The notes under the pieces were generated by a model. The model did no database searches, had not been told where the DNA came from, and saw only the letters and a list, made by a program, of their open reading frames with translations. Positions 38,291 to 47,447 of a DNA stretch of 52,936 nucleotides are shown here, in pieces (position 1 is the stretch's first letter; each line of letters begins with the position of its first letter). The translations under genes were made by a program, and so were the position numbers. The DNA lies in sequence record OM313461; one strand, 5' to 3'. Origin of the DNA: Escherichia phage vB_EcoM_PiR.

Positions 38291-39196
38291 TTACAGCAGT
38301 TCTGCTTTCATGGCAGCGATACCATCAAGCAATGCTTTGATGTCCGGATTAGATGCTGCCAGGTCTGCAACAACTGACTGACGACGACGTTCCAGCTCTT
38401 TCTCAACTTCCAGGTCGAGGCGTGCTGATGCTTCACGCAATAAGGTTTCAACCTGCTGACGACGCTGGTACTTGTTAAAGTCAGGTACATCAACCAGCCA
38501 TTTGAGAGTTGCAGTATTATAGCCAGAAGTATTGGCTGCACTTACAGACACAACGTCAACCAGCTTAGTACCGTTTAAGTCCGGATAGTTAACATTGCGA
38601 ACGTCAACAACTGCTTTGTCGCCTACACTTACTTTGCCGATGTACTTGTATGTGTACACACGACCATTCGGTTCAAATTTAACACCGACGAACTTCAGTT
38701 TGTCGTCGGCAATAACTTCTTCCTCAACTTTGAAGTTGATTGCTGTGTTCTTGACAGGTGCAGCCGCTTTGAGCTTAGCAACCATGTACTGTTCGGAATG
38801 AGCAGGACGGCACAGACGGAATACGTCTTCATTGTACGTCAGCCAGTTACCAGTCTCATCCATGCATGCAATCTGATTAGTGCCATCCAGCGAACGAACA
38901 CCCGGACGATTCTTCTCAACACGATACAGCTTACCTTCTTTCAGGTTAGCATAAGAACGGCGGGCGATACCCCAGTTGTGTTTTTCAGATTCATACTTAG
39001 CGAAACGGTCAACACTGAAGTTCTGCTTCAGACCACGGTCGTCAATTACCCATAAGTTATCGTAAGCACCGCCGAAAGAACCCAGGTTGGCATACACTTT
39101 GCCCTGCGTCAACAGGGAAGTGTTTCCCTCGTCAACACAGATAACAAAACCCAGAGCTTCGTGTGCTTTACCGCTGCGGTCAAATACTGTAGTCAT
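38291..39196 (-). CDS. hypothetical protein
   Basis: 301-aa ORF, ATG start. Confidence 0.55.
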   Translation of the reverse strand: MTTVFDRSGKAHEALGFVICVDEGNTSLLTQGKVYANLGSFGGAYDNLWVIDDRGLKQNFSVDRFAKYESEKHNWGIARRSYANLKEGKLYRVEKNRPGVRSLDGTNQIACMDETGNWLTYNEDVFRLCRPAHSEQYMVAKLKAAAPVKNTAINFKVEEEVIADDKLKFVGVKFEPNGRVYTYKYIGKVSVGDKAVVDVRNVNYPDLNGTKLVDVVSVSAANTSGYNTATLKWLVDVPDFNKYQRRQQVETLLREASARLDLEVEKELERRRQSVVADLAASNPDIKALLDGIAAMKAELL

Positions 39197-39310
39197 TTCT
39201 TGTTTCCTTGTATACCAGTTTGATTGTATGCCAGAGACATTCCCTGCGCATGTGCTTTATTGCTTAACCGTTAAAGACATTATATCATTAGTGAGTGGTG
39301 ACGTACACAT

Positions 39311-39601
39311 TTATTTTAAGGCAGAAGTGCAAATAGCATCACACAAACAATAATGAGCACGGTCGTAGTCTTCAAACAAGAACACTTCGCCGTTGGCGAC
39401 TACTTCAATATCGTTAACTTGCATGCTGATACCAGAATGCAGGAGCACATCCATAGCCTGGTCCTTGTTCTTGTACGGGTCCCAAATAAGCTGGAAGCCT
39501 GACCCACAAAGGAGACATCCCTTGAGCTCCGGAAGAGTTGACTCCTTCACGGTCACATTACAAATCTTAGCCAGCTTAGCACGAGAATCGAGAGTACTCA
39601 T
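39311..39601 (-). CDS. hypothetical protein
   Basis: ATGA overlap with upstream gene stop. Confidence 0.5.
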   Translation of the reverse strand: MSTLDSRAKLAKICNVTVKESTLPELKGCLLCGSGFQLIWDPYKNKDQAMDVLLHSGISMQVNDIEVVANGEVFLFEDYDRAHYCLCDAICTSALK

Positions 39602-39876
39602 TTACGTTTGTGTGGAGGTGTATATGTTTTCTTCGGTACGCCGAACATGGCCGCATATGTACCGACTTCTTTCTTTGTTGGCTTATCCACAATCTCGTCA
39701 ATCACGATTAAGTCATGGTTGATATTGCGAAAGACTTCAGCCGCTCTTTTCTCAACAGGAGTAAAGTCAATAACCAGCTCTTTGCCTATCAGGCTTTCTT
39801 TGAACTTGTCAAATAGCCATTTGTCACGCGGACCAGGATTGCCCATAAACATAACACGCATCTGCTTATTGTCCAT
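39598..39876 (-). CDS. hypothetical protein
   Basis: 92-aa ORF with ATG start. Confidence 0.5.
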   Translation of the reverse strand: MDNKQMRVMFMGNPGPRDKWLFDKFKESLIGKELVIDFTPVEKRAAEVFRNINHDLIVIDEIVDKPTKKEVGTYAAMFGVPKKTYTPPHKRK

Positions 39877-39944
39877 GGATGATATACCCCGTTATTTGTG
39901 TTGCCAGGTACAAACCGTATACCACACACCCAACTAGTATGGCA

Positions 39945-40244
39945 TTAAGAATAAGATGGGCTATCCTCACGTTTTAACTGGACGTTACGGCTGTTAACCA
40001 CTTCCAGGCTGGTGCCATCATTTTTGTGGGTTACACGAATAAACGCAACACCCTCAGCCTGTGCCTGCTCAATAGCTTTATTCAGCACAACATTATCCTG
40101 TACCATATGACGTACGCGAGGAAGGATATTACAAAGAGGTTCCATCTCATCCATTCCTGCAGTACGCATGACTGACTTGAGAATGCCAAGATGATGCTTA
40201 TAACGGTCTTCAAGATTATACTTCTTGCTGTTATCTAATGCCAT
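39945..40244 (-). CDS. hypothetical protein
   Basis: start re-assigned to ATG 40244 (GGAGA SD); track start 40256 is TTG. Confidence 0.5.
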   Translation of the reverse strand: MALDNSKKYNLEDRYKHHLGILKSVMRTAGMDEMEPLCNILPRVRHMVQDNVVLNKAIEQAQAEGVAFIRVTHKNDGTSLEVVNSRNVQLKREDSPSYS

Positions 40245-40288
40245 GTAAGTCTCCAAAAGTCAAGGGGCTTGTGCTAAGCCCCGTCTAA

Positions 40289-40738
40289 TTACTCGGCTTC
40301 TTCCGTAGCTGCCGGGGTGAATGTTACAGTCGGAATACCAGGCGAGGTCTTCACAACAGGGTCGACGATAGCCAGTTGTTCTGGTGTCAGGTTACGGTAT
40401 GCAGTAACTGACATTTCATACTTGGTTTTAAACAGCTTGGCAACAACAGTCTTCGGTAACTTCTTCATTACGTCAGGCACAAGCTTCTGGTCTAGCGAGC
40501 GGTTAACCTTCTGCTCAACCTTGAGTTTACCAGGTACGCCATGCATGCTGAACTCAACCGTTTGTGTACCTTCTTTACCACGATTGATAATCATGTCGCG
40601 TTCAAGACGTGCTTTAATGGTCCGGCGCAATGTCTCCTGGTTAGCTTTCGCCTGTGCCATCCAGCGGTTCAGATTCGCCAGCTTGTCGTACAGCTGTTCC
40701 GTGTCCATCGATTCCAGTTCTTGTGGGTTCAGTGCCAT
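40289..40738 (-). CDS. hypothetical protein
   Basis: start re-assigned to ATG 40738 with GAGGAAA SD; track start is TTG. Confidence 0.5.
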   Translation of the reverse strand: MALNPQELESMDTEQLYDKLANLNRWMAQAKANQETLRRTIKARLERDMIINRGKEGTQTVEFSMHGVPGKLKVEQKVNRSLDQKLVPDVMKKLPKTVVAKLFKTKYEMSVTAYRNLTPEQLAIVDPVVKTSPGIPTVTFTPAATEEAE

Positions 40739-41009
40739 CAGTTGTTTCCTCAGGTTGCATGTGCATAGTTGCACCAATTAGTAGACAATAGTTATTGAAC
40801 ATTGTACGTAGTGCCTGGCCCGCAACAATATCCGTTATGTCTATTATACCACTTTTAGTGGTGACGCGTAAAGCTTTTTCTTTCTTTGTTTTTTCCACGA
40901 ATGCAATGCTGATGATTTCTTCCGCATGTATTACGTGGATAGTACCTGCAAACTCACCAGTCTTAGCTGGTGCCTGGTACACTAACGACATAGACGGTTG
41001 GTTACTCAC
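40641..41009 (-). CDS. hypothetical protein (GTG start)
   Basis: GTG 41009 preceded by AGGAG; 3' end overlaps start of next gene in another frame. Confidence 0.4.
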   Translation of the reverse strand: MSNQPSMSLVYQAPAKTGEFAGTIHVIHAEEIISIAFVEKTKKEKALRVTTKSGIIDITDIVAGQALRTMFNNYCLLIGATMHMQPEETTDGTEPTRTGIDGHGTAVRQAGESEPLDGTGES

Positions 41010-41019
41010 TTAATTACTC

Positions 41020-41457
41020 CTATTTGTATAAGTCCATCCAGTTACGATACTCGTCATAAAACCGGTCAAACTCGTTTTTGGTGAGTGCAATAGCAACACC
41101 ATTTACCAGATGCATGGTTCGTGTTTTGATGTTGACATACATGACATTGCTGTACGGGAATAAGCTACCGTCATTGTCAGTAAAATAAGTAGGTGTAATA
41201 TGAAGCGCATCACGCAATGCAACCAGTGATTCAACAGCTTCAGCGTGCCATTCACGTTTGAAGGTCATGCAAGGCGGTGCACCGTCTTCGTCCTGGGTAC
41301 CGCGCAAAGTAAGGTATACAATTTCGGCAGTATCATTGTGTACAATTACGCTAATGTCAACGATGTCGCTGGTACGGAAGGTAACAAAGTGCTCTTCAAT
41401 TACTTGTTCGTCGGTATTAGGGCTGACGCCCTGAAAGGTCTTGAGTGTGTGAAACAT
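41020..41457 (-). CDS. hypothetical protein, first gene of minus-strand replication operon
   Basis: start re-assigned to ATG 41457 with AAGGAGA SD. Confidence 0.55.
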   Translation of the reverse strand: MFHTLKTFQGVSPNTDEQVIEEHFVTFRTSDIVDISVIVHNDTAEIVYLTLRGTQDEDGAPPCMTFKREWHAEAVESLVALRDALHITPTYFTDNDGSLFPYSNVMYVNIKTRTMHLVNGVAIALTKNEFDRFYDEYRNWMDLYK

Positions 41458-41488
41458 TGGTTGTATCTCCTTAGCAGAATGTACGTCT

Positions 41489-41517
41489 ATTATGTATATA
41501 AAGGAGGGGAAAGTAAA
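41489..41517 (-). promoter_or_regulatory. sigma70-like promoter TTTACT-N17-CATAAT (minus strand)
   Basis: reverse complement of 41512-41517 is TTTACT and of 41489-41494 is CATAAT; divergent from plus promoter at 41551. Confidence 0.5.
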
Positions 41518-41550
41518 TAGATATAAATGTATAAAATACATAAAAGTCTA

Positions 41551-41580
41551 TTTACTCTGGTTTAATAACGTGTATATAAT
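41551..41580 (+). promoter_or_regulatory. sigma70-like promoter TTTACT-N18-TATAAT
   Basis: -35 41551-41556, -10 41575-41580; AAGAGGAGAGA SD before ATG 41611. Confidence 0.55.
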
Positions 41581-41610
41581 GAGAGCCTCACAAACAAGAG
41601 GAGAGACTCA

Positions 41611-41943
41611 ATGATAAAGCCAAAGCTGTTGCGGCATATTCGCAACGGTATTAAGCTACTCGCCGAAGGCAATGAATATGCCTGCAAGCAACGCGGTATT
41701 ACAAAAGTCGGCCTGTTCAATAAAGAGTTACCGACTCGCTACTTTACCAAATCACCACTAACACTCGTACCTGCAGCGGAGTATTATAAAGACCCCGAAG
41801 CAGCTCGGGCTAAAATCAAGGAAGGTCTTGACCGACTTGTAGAGGAAGGCTATTTGACAGTACGTCAACACACTGAATCATCTTATTACTACAAGCCAAC
41901 TTCTAAGGTAACCAGCAATGACAATGACGAGTCAGCCGAGTGA
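41611..41943 (+). CDS. hypothetical protein
   Basis: 110 aa, strong SD; first gene of primase operon. Confidence 0.55.
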   Translation: MIKPKLLRHIRNGIKLLAEGNEYACKQRGITKVGLFNKELPTRYFTKSPLTLVPAAEYYKDPEAARAKIKEGLDRLVEEGYLTVRQHTESSYYYKPTSKVTSNDNDESAE

Positions 41944-44452
41944 TATTCTCGGTCTGAAATACTTTAAGCCAGAAGGGATTCCCCAAGTCTTCAAAGATAT
42001 GAAGCGCTGGGCTATCTTTGAGCTGACGTACGAAGACGAGACTCTCGAAGTTCAATCCAAACCTAAGAAACCTGCAAGAGCGCCATCAGGCCGTTCCTTC
42101 AGCACAACTGTGCCTGAAGAGTGGATGACTTTCGACGACGCCCTGTCACGTTGTATTCGCAATCGTGAAATGAAGATTAAAGCTGTACAGGGGAATATCA
42201 CCTTTGTGCCGGCTTTGGTTGTTCCTCGCCAGTGGTACTTTGTTGACCTGGACAACCATGAAGATAACCCAGACATTGAAGCTACCCACAAAGCGATAAT
42301 TGAAGGGACTCGTGGTGCTTATGCCGAGACGTCAATCTCTGGCAAAGGGCAACACATTGCAATCCCTTTACCCTGGACTGCAGCAACATCTAAAGAGAAA
42401 GACGAACAACTGGACATCAAAATCCAGAAGGCTGAGATGTTCCTGGTAATGACAGGCAATGTATTGAGTGAGTTCAATGCTAATCCTGTTTCAGCCCGTG
42501 AATGGCATGCAGCAATTGAGAAGTTCTTTCTTGAATCAAGCGCACCTGATATTGATGTTGAGTTTGAGCAAGACGAAGACCGTGGCGAAGAGTATGACAA
42601 AGAGCTGTACGAACAGCTAGCCGACAATACTCGCTGGGCGCTTGAGCACTATCTTAGCGACTACGCACCAGACGGTGTTGGTGTGAGTAATGACGGTTCT
42701 GAACGTTTAAGCCGTATCTTAAAAGACTTGCTTCGTGTAACCCGTAACTATGAAGTTACACAACGCATCTTCATGGCCAGCAAAGCTGCAGCATACGAAG
42801 GTCGTCGTGCAAGTCGACATAGTTTGTCTGTTGACAAGTACCATCAGTGGTTCAGTCGTGTTGGTAAGACTGTGCTGAAAGAGATGCAACGTGATGGCTT
42901 ATTCGTCAAGACCAAGTTTGCTCTTGACATCAACAAAGAGTTAACCAAGAATTCTGGGGTGTCACTGGCTGAGAACGTTGAGTTCAAAGTCAACGACGAT
43001 ATTCTGCCATCTGACGTATTTGTCAGAACGGCCCCGTCCGGGTTTAAACGGCTTATTGCTGAGATACAGGATAACATATCTCCGGCTAACAGGGTTAACG
43101 ACTATGCAATTGGCACAGCTCTTAACATCCTGAGCAACTGCGCCGGTCGTAAGTATGTTTGTCCAGTAGGCGGTCATGCTAACTTCCTGGTAACCAACAT
43201 CATTCTTGTGGGTGGTTCATCAATCGGTAAATCGTTGTATACCGAGATGTTCCCACAAATCCAGGCAAGTTTACCTGACACATCGCCTATCAGCCTTAAT
43301 CGGATTCCAAGGGAACAGACTTTTGCAACCAGGACGTTCGCTGAACTGATGGCTAACCCGTCATACCATTCAGTCCAGTTGTTCTACCCTGAATTTGGTC
43401 TGGCTTTAGGTTCTGGCTTACGCATGAATCCTAACAACCCTGACAACTTTCAGAAAGCTCTGATGGACGCTTCAACCAAGCGTAAGGTTGGCGGTATACT
43501 GACAGGTATCAAACGTGCTAATGCTGACAATGATGTCAAGACAGTAAGCGAACCATGCTACTCTATCCTGGGGGACTCAACTCAAGAGCTTATCCTTGAC
43601 AACACCCGGAAGCAAGACTTCTCAAGTGGCTTTTTGCCCCGCTTCCTGTTCATCCCGAACTATGAGCGAGCGGAGTTTGCCAAACCTGAGAAGGTAGGAC
43701 GTCGCCAGCAGATTCGCCGTACTCAATTCTCCAAAGAGCTGATTGAGAAACTGGAAGCAATCGCTTATGTGAATGCTATCCCGCCTAACGGTAAACTAAG
43801 GCACGACCCGATTCCTATTTACGACGAATCGGATGATGATGACTTCCTGTACGAATACCAGTGCAATATTAATGATATGCGCCAGTATTACAGGGATAAC
43901 GAAGTAGCATCTGCCTTTGTGGGCCGAATGGGCGAGTATGTATTCAATATAGCAGCACTGATTGGACTACTCGATAACTGGGATGCTCCTGTTATGACCA
44001 GGGACAACATCGAATGGGCTTACAAATATGTTCTTCGTTGTATAACCGCCTGGGTCAATAACACAAGCAGGATAGTCGCACCACCAACTACCAACGCCGA
44101 AGTAGTGGACGGCTTCCTAAAAGTCTACAGGGACATTTTGGCCCTTTACACCAAAAGAGGATGGTCTGGCATTGTCAAGCATTATCCCGAAGGTGTTGTA
44201 AGAAGTATCCGGGAAGAACACCTCCAGATGAATGGTTTAAGCATATATGCTATTCGTCAGTCTTTGAGCTGGTTTAAATCGAATTACGGTTTTAACATCA
44301 CAGCTAATAACAAAGTCATTGACGGTATGCTCCAGGATATGATTGACCAGGACTATTTAGCAGTACAAGTATATAAGCCCACAAGAGGCCGATCTGCTAA
44401 CATTTACTGCCTGACGGAGCGAGGATATGACACTGCTAAGAAGTTAAAATAA
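41918..44452 (+). CDS. DNA primase (primase-polymerase-type) fused to SF3/D5-like helicase
   Basis: N-terminal WYFVDLDNHED acidic motif (DxD-type); central Walker A VGGSSIGKS; 844 aa. Confidence 0.6.
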   Translation: MTMTSQPSDILGLKYFKPEGIPQVFKDMKRWAIFELTYEDETLEVQSKPKKPARAPSGRSFSTTVPEEWMTFDDALSRCIRNREMKIKAVQGNITFVPALVVPRQWYFVDLDNHEDNPDIEATHKAIIEGTRGAYAETSISGKGQHIAIPLPWTAATSKEKDEQLDIKIQKAEMFLVMTGNVLSEFNANPVSAREWHAAIEKFFLESSAPDIDVEFEQDEDRGEEYDKELYEQLADNTRWALEHYLSDYAPDGVGVSNDGSERLSRILKDLLRVTRNYEVTQRIFMASKAAAYEGRRASRHSLSVDKYHQWFSRVGKTVLKEMQRDGLFVKTKFALDINKELTKNSGVSLAENVEFKVNDDILPSDVFVRTAPSGFKRLIAEIQDNISPANRVNDYAIGTALNILSNCAGRKYVCPVGGHANFLVTNIILVGGSSIGKSLYTEMFPQIQASLPDTSPISLNRIPREQTFATRTFAELMANPSYHSVQLFYPEFGLALGSGLRMNPNNPDNFQKALMDASTKRKVGGILTGIKRANADNDVKTVSEPCYSILGDSTQELILDNTRKQDFSSGFLPRFLFIPNYERAEFAKPEKVGRRQQIRRTQFSKELIEKLEAIAYVNAIPPNGKLRHDPIPIYDESDDDDFLYEYQCNINDMRQYYRDNEVASAFVGRMGEYVFNIAALIGLLDNWDAPVMTRDNIEWAYKYVLRCITAWVNNTSRIVAPPTTNAEVVDGFLKVYRDILALYTKRGWSGIVKHYPEGVVRSIREEHLQMNGLSIYAIRQSLSWFKSNYGFNITANNKVIDGMLQDMIDQDYLAVQVYKPTRGRSANIYCLTERGYDTAKKLK

Positions 44453-44463
44453 GTAAGTAAATC

Positions 44464-44505
44464 AAGGGCTTGGGTAATTGTAAAAATCCTAAGCCCTTAT
44501 TTTTT
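44464..44505 (+). terminator. rho-independent terminator
   Basis: 11-bp stem AAGGGCTTGGG/CCTAAGCCCTT (one G-U), 13-nt loop, then ATTTTTT. Confidence 0.65.
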
Positions 44506-44619
44506 AAGCTTATTTTACAAACTGATTAATATTTAAACTATAATTAAATATATGGGCTCTAAGAGTATGATTTTATTACTCTTTTACAAATCATAATATA
44601 TGAGCTCCTTATAAAAGAT

Positions 44620-44835
44620 TAAGGGGGTAAAAAAGGGGGATACAAGAACCGGATAAAGGGGGTATATATTTATTTATTATTATTATTATTATTATATATT
44701 ATTAATTATATTAGAAGTAATAAAAACAGCTACTTAGAGGCGTCTATATGTATGATCCGGTTTATCTCTTTATTAATATCAGAACCGGATGAAAAAAATT
44801 TACGCTGGTGAAAAAAATAAAAAAGCCGGATTGAT
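44620..44835. repeat. AT-rich iteron cluster (putative replication origin)
   Basis: three AAGGGGG(T/A) copies (44620-44665), ACCGGAT-type motif four times in both orientations (44647, 44753, 44782, 44825), (ATT)n microsatellite 44671-44695. Confidence 0.5.
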
Positions 44836-44852
44836 AAATAAATCTGTAGACG

Positions 44853-44881
44853 TTTACACTGTAAAAAAGATGTGCTACAAT
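44853..44881 (+). promoter_or_regulatory. sigma70-like promoter TTTACA-N17-TACAAT with extended -10 TG
   Basis: -35 44853-44858, TGCTACAAT at 44873-44881. Confidence 0.6.
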
Positions 44882-44935
44882 ATTTATCAATGTTGCTGAT
44901 TACCAAAACTTTGAATTGTATACGAGGCTGAATAA

Positions 44936-45367
44936 ATGGTTAATATAAGACAGAAAGGACAGAACTTTGAGCGTAAAATGGCTAAGAAGTTTAATAGCTC
45001 GTTCGGATTAACTGTTGAGCGCAATCTTCAACAGTCTATTAATGGCGGGGATGACTTGTTGGGTGTGCCGTTTTTCAGCGTTGAACTGAAGAAGCACAAG
45101 ACCAAGTCTATCGGAACATGGTGGAGACAGTGTGCGGCATCGGCAAAGGCTCAGAACAAGATGCCAGTGCTTATATACGAACTACCAAGAAAACAGCCTA
45201 CCGTGGTGATGAATAAGGCTGATGTGATTGACTGTTTTCCAAGTGGCACGACTTTTAACGAGGCATCGAACCGCCTCTTTGTGGGTTTAGTAGAATTAAC
45301 ATGGGAACAATTTTGCCGGGTCTACAACTATTACGTTGCGCCCGGCACTCAATATCACGTCAATTAA
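44936..45367 (+). CDS. hypothetical protein, possibly a small nuclease/resolvase-like protein
   Basis: 143 aa basic protein with GAGG SD; function guess is weak. Confidence 0.5.
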   Translation: MVNIRQKGQNFERKMAKKFNSSFGLTVERNLQQSINGGDDLLGVPFFSVELKKHKTKSIGTWWRQCAASAKAQNKMPVLIYELPRKQPTVVMNKADVIDCFPSGTTFNEASNRLFVGLVELTWEQFCRVYNYYVAPGTQYHVN

Positions 45368-45549
45368 TCTTGTTTCAGCTCGTCACAAATGACATGCTGA
45401 TTTTTGGCAGGGATAATACCAAGATTTAGTAAGGTGTATGGACTATCGGCGACACATTGTTCAACGGTAGTCCATTCAGGTTTGGATTCAACAATTTTGT
45501 AACTACAATCATGAGTAGCCACACATGTTGCCAGGATTAAGCCAATCAC
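45364..45549 (-). CDS. small protein with hydrophobic N-terminus (GTG start)
   Basis: GTG 45549 preceded by AAGGTGA and overlapping upstream TGA (GTGA). Confidence 0.45.
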   Translation of the reverse strand: MIGLILATCVATHDCSYKIVESKPEWTTVEQCVADSPYTLLNLGIIPAKNQHVICDELKQD

Positions 45550-45686
45550 AAGTAATCACCTTCAACCAGGAACTCAAACAATTGGTTGTAAACGTTGCAA
45601 CCTTTAGCGAAAGAGCTTTCAGCAGGTTTACCATCGCGGACGATCATCATATACTCACCGCCATGGATGTCCACCCAGTATTGCAT
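45546..45686 (-). CDS. small ORF (46 aa), not in track
   Basis: ATG 45686 just after AGGTGG; stop overlaps GTG start of next gene; fills gap in tightly packed early operon. Confidence 0.35.
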   Translation of the reverse strand: MQYWVDIHGGEYMMIVRDGKPAESSFAKGCNVYNQLFEFLVEGDYL

Positions 45687-45724
45687 GCCACCTTTGACCG
45701 GATTACGTTGTAAGAATTTAAACA

Positions 45725-45970
45725 TTATTTGCTCCTGATTCCAAGTTTATTCAATAGCCACACTGTCATGTCAACCCAGGTTAACGGTACAGTTTTCGGG
45801 GGTTGATAATCCCAGCAGCTTGCAGTTCTTTGTATTTCTGCTTGGCGCCGCTCCGCTTCGCGTAATACCGCATCGTCAGAAGTGCCGGCAGAAAAAAGAT
45901 CGGTAACACCAGATAAATCGCGTTGATTAACACGTCGAGCAATGTCATATAAATCTTCCTTAGAAAGCAT
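45725..45970 (-). CDS. hypothetical protein
   Basis: 81-aa ORF with ATG start. Confidence 0.5.
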   Translation of the reverse strand: MLSKEDLYDIARRVNQRDLSGVTDLFSAGTSDDAVLREAERRQAEIQRTASCWDYQPPKTVPLTWVDMTVWLLNKLGIRSK

Positions 45971-46085
45971 AAGTTAATACCATAATAATTACCAGAAAAA
46001 CCGCTACCAGTTTACTCATGTACCGGCCTTCAGCATATGCAGGATTCACAACAGAATACTCAACAACATGTTTACGGCGGACCAT
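45960..46085 (-). CDS. small hydrophobic peptide ORF (41 aa), not in track
   Basis: ATG 46085 preceded by GGAGG; C-terminal LVAVFLVIIMVLTYAF transmembrane-like segment. Confidence 0.35.
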   Translation of the reverse strand: MVRRKHVVEYSVVNPAYAEGRYMSKLVAVFLVIIMVLTYAF

Positions 46086-46197
46086 AAGGCCTCCACTTGT
46101 GGGTTAATTCAAGCATGAGGACTTTCATCAAATCCTCAGGATTGAATTAATTACCAGCTTTTAATCAAGCCCTGTCAGCGCCAGGACTTGAAAAAGA

Positions 46198-46398
46198 TCA
46201 CTCAATCATTATCTGTACTACTATTATACACTCTTTATTGAAGCGGGTAAACACCTTTCCTCCATTTGTGCGTTTAGCCCCAGATTTTAGAGCTGACTGG
46301 CACCAGACATTCCATTCCTCAACTGTCAAGAATTTTTGCTCAGCTTTGGGTGGTAGTCCATTGGCAAGGTCTACCGTAGTAAATTTGACTAGTGGCAT
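46198..46398 (-). CDS. hypothetical protein
   Basis: TAATG overlap with upstream gene. Confidence 0.5.
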   Translation of the reverse strand: MPLVKFTTVDLANGLPPKAEQKFLTVEEWNVWCQSALKSGAKRTNGGKVFTRFNKECIIVVQIMIE

Positions 46399-46787
46399 TA
46401 CTTGACCTCAAATTTTGACTCGTCATATTCCGGATCAGTCACGTCCCGGGTAGCACAATTTTTGATTGCCTCCCAGTAACGTTGGGCATCATCGCCATCG
46501 ACATAAACTGTCCAGTGGCCGTAACCACCTTCAAATCTGTCCCAGGCTTGTTCCCAGACTTTGCCATCTTCCAGCTTGTACCAAGTTGGACGACTGTCAA
46601 ACTCGCGGATTGGATGGTACCCCAATAAAGGATTCATGATGTCAATAATGTCTGCCCTGCCAATCTCCTGGTTTTCCCACAAGATTGTCATGAATTGCTC
46701 AAACTTAAAAGCGTTTGGCAGAACTTTGATGACTTCACCATCACAATATACGGTATAGGTGCCATCTTCGCATTTTGCACTGTACAT
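46398..46787 (-). CDS. hypothetical early protein
   Basis: start re-assigned to ATG 46787 with AGGAGAGAGAAAC spacer. Confidence 0.55.
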   Translation of the reverse strand: MYSAKCEDGTYTVYCDGEVIKVLPNAFKFEQFMTILWENQEIGRADIIDIMNPLLGYHPIREFDSRPTWYKLEDGKVWEQAWDRFEGGYGHWTVYVDGDDAQRYWEAIKNCATRDVTDPEYDESKFEVK

Positions 46788-46855
46788 GTTTCTCTCTCCT
46801 ATTGATATAATTTCAATCATGAACTATCACAACTTTGGATAGTTCATTGTTGAAA

Positions 46856-47029
46856 TTATACTAACTTTGTTACAATCTGAATTGTCAGCCGGAAGTCTTC
46901 CATCAAGTTATCAAACTCTTTGGAACCACCAACCGCATCAGCTATTTGATCTTTCACAATTTGGGCATTTGATTCCAGTAATTCAATCAGGTGCGCCAAT
47001 TCGTCTTCAGTCAATTTCAGGTCTTTCAT
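46856..47029 (-). CDS. small early protein, paralog family member 1
   Basis: ATG 47029 (GGTGGA SD, ATGA overlap); N-terminus MKDLKLTEDELAHLIELLE resembles 47289-47447 and 48144-48317. Confidence 0.55.
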   Translation of the reverse strand: MKDLKLTEDELAHLIELLESNAQIVKDQIADAVGGSKEFDNLMEDFRLTIQIVTKLV

Positions 47030-47283
47030 AATGTATCCACCCAAGCCATAACTTTTGCCAGTCTTACAACGTCTTCATGGTCCCGCTCGCCATCAGAAAA
47101 TTCGCTGGCGATGATACCCATAATTGACGCCAGATTCATGTTGATGATGTAGGCGTGTTGGCGCACTTCATCAATTCCTGAATCTATCACCAGTTCCGCA
47201 AATTCCTGCGAACCTTCATCCCATTCAGCCCAATACTGCTCGGCATAAAAGTCCAGTTCTTTTTTCATCTCAATGTCAGTCAT
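47026..47283 (-). CDS. small highly acidic protein
   Basis: GAGGAG SD; strongly acidic composition. Confidence 0.55.
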   Translation of the reverse strand: MTDIEMKKELDFYAEQYWAEWDEGSQEFAELVIDSGIDEVRQHAYIINMNLASIMGIIASEFSDGERDHEDVVRLAKVMAWVDTL

Positions 47284-47288
47284 TTTGA

Positions 47289-47447
47289 TTACTCCTCAGA
47301 ACTTGAAAATTTGTCATCAATGGACTCAACAATATAATCAAGAGTTGAAGTGTGAGAACTATCAGAAAAAGTGCCCATCTTCTCCAGCTCAATCATCATA
47401 TCCCGTAAAGCCATTGCCTGGTCTTTGGTCAGTTTAATTTTAAGCAT
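47289..47447 (-). CDS. small early protein, paralog family member 2
   Basis: ATG 47447 after CAGGAGAGAAAC; N-terminus MLKIKLTKDQAMALRDMMIELE. Confidence 0.55.
   Translation of the reverse strand: MLKIKLTKDQAMALRDMMIELEKMGTFSDSSHTSTLDYIVESIDDKFSSSEE

Noticed and set aside
44671-44700. (ATT)n repeat as possible CRISPR or coding repeat
   Set aside because: Simple trinucleotide microsatellite without spacers; part of the AT-rich origin-like region.
45525-45713. 62-aa plus-strand ORF
   Set aside because: Lies antisense to the tightly packed minus-strand early operon and overlaps a better-supported minus-strand small ORF; no SD.
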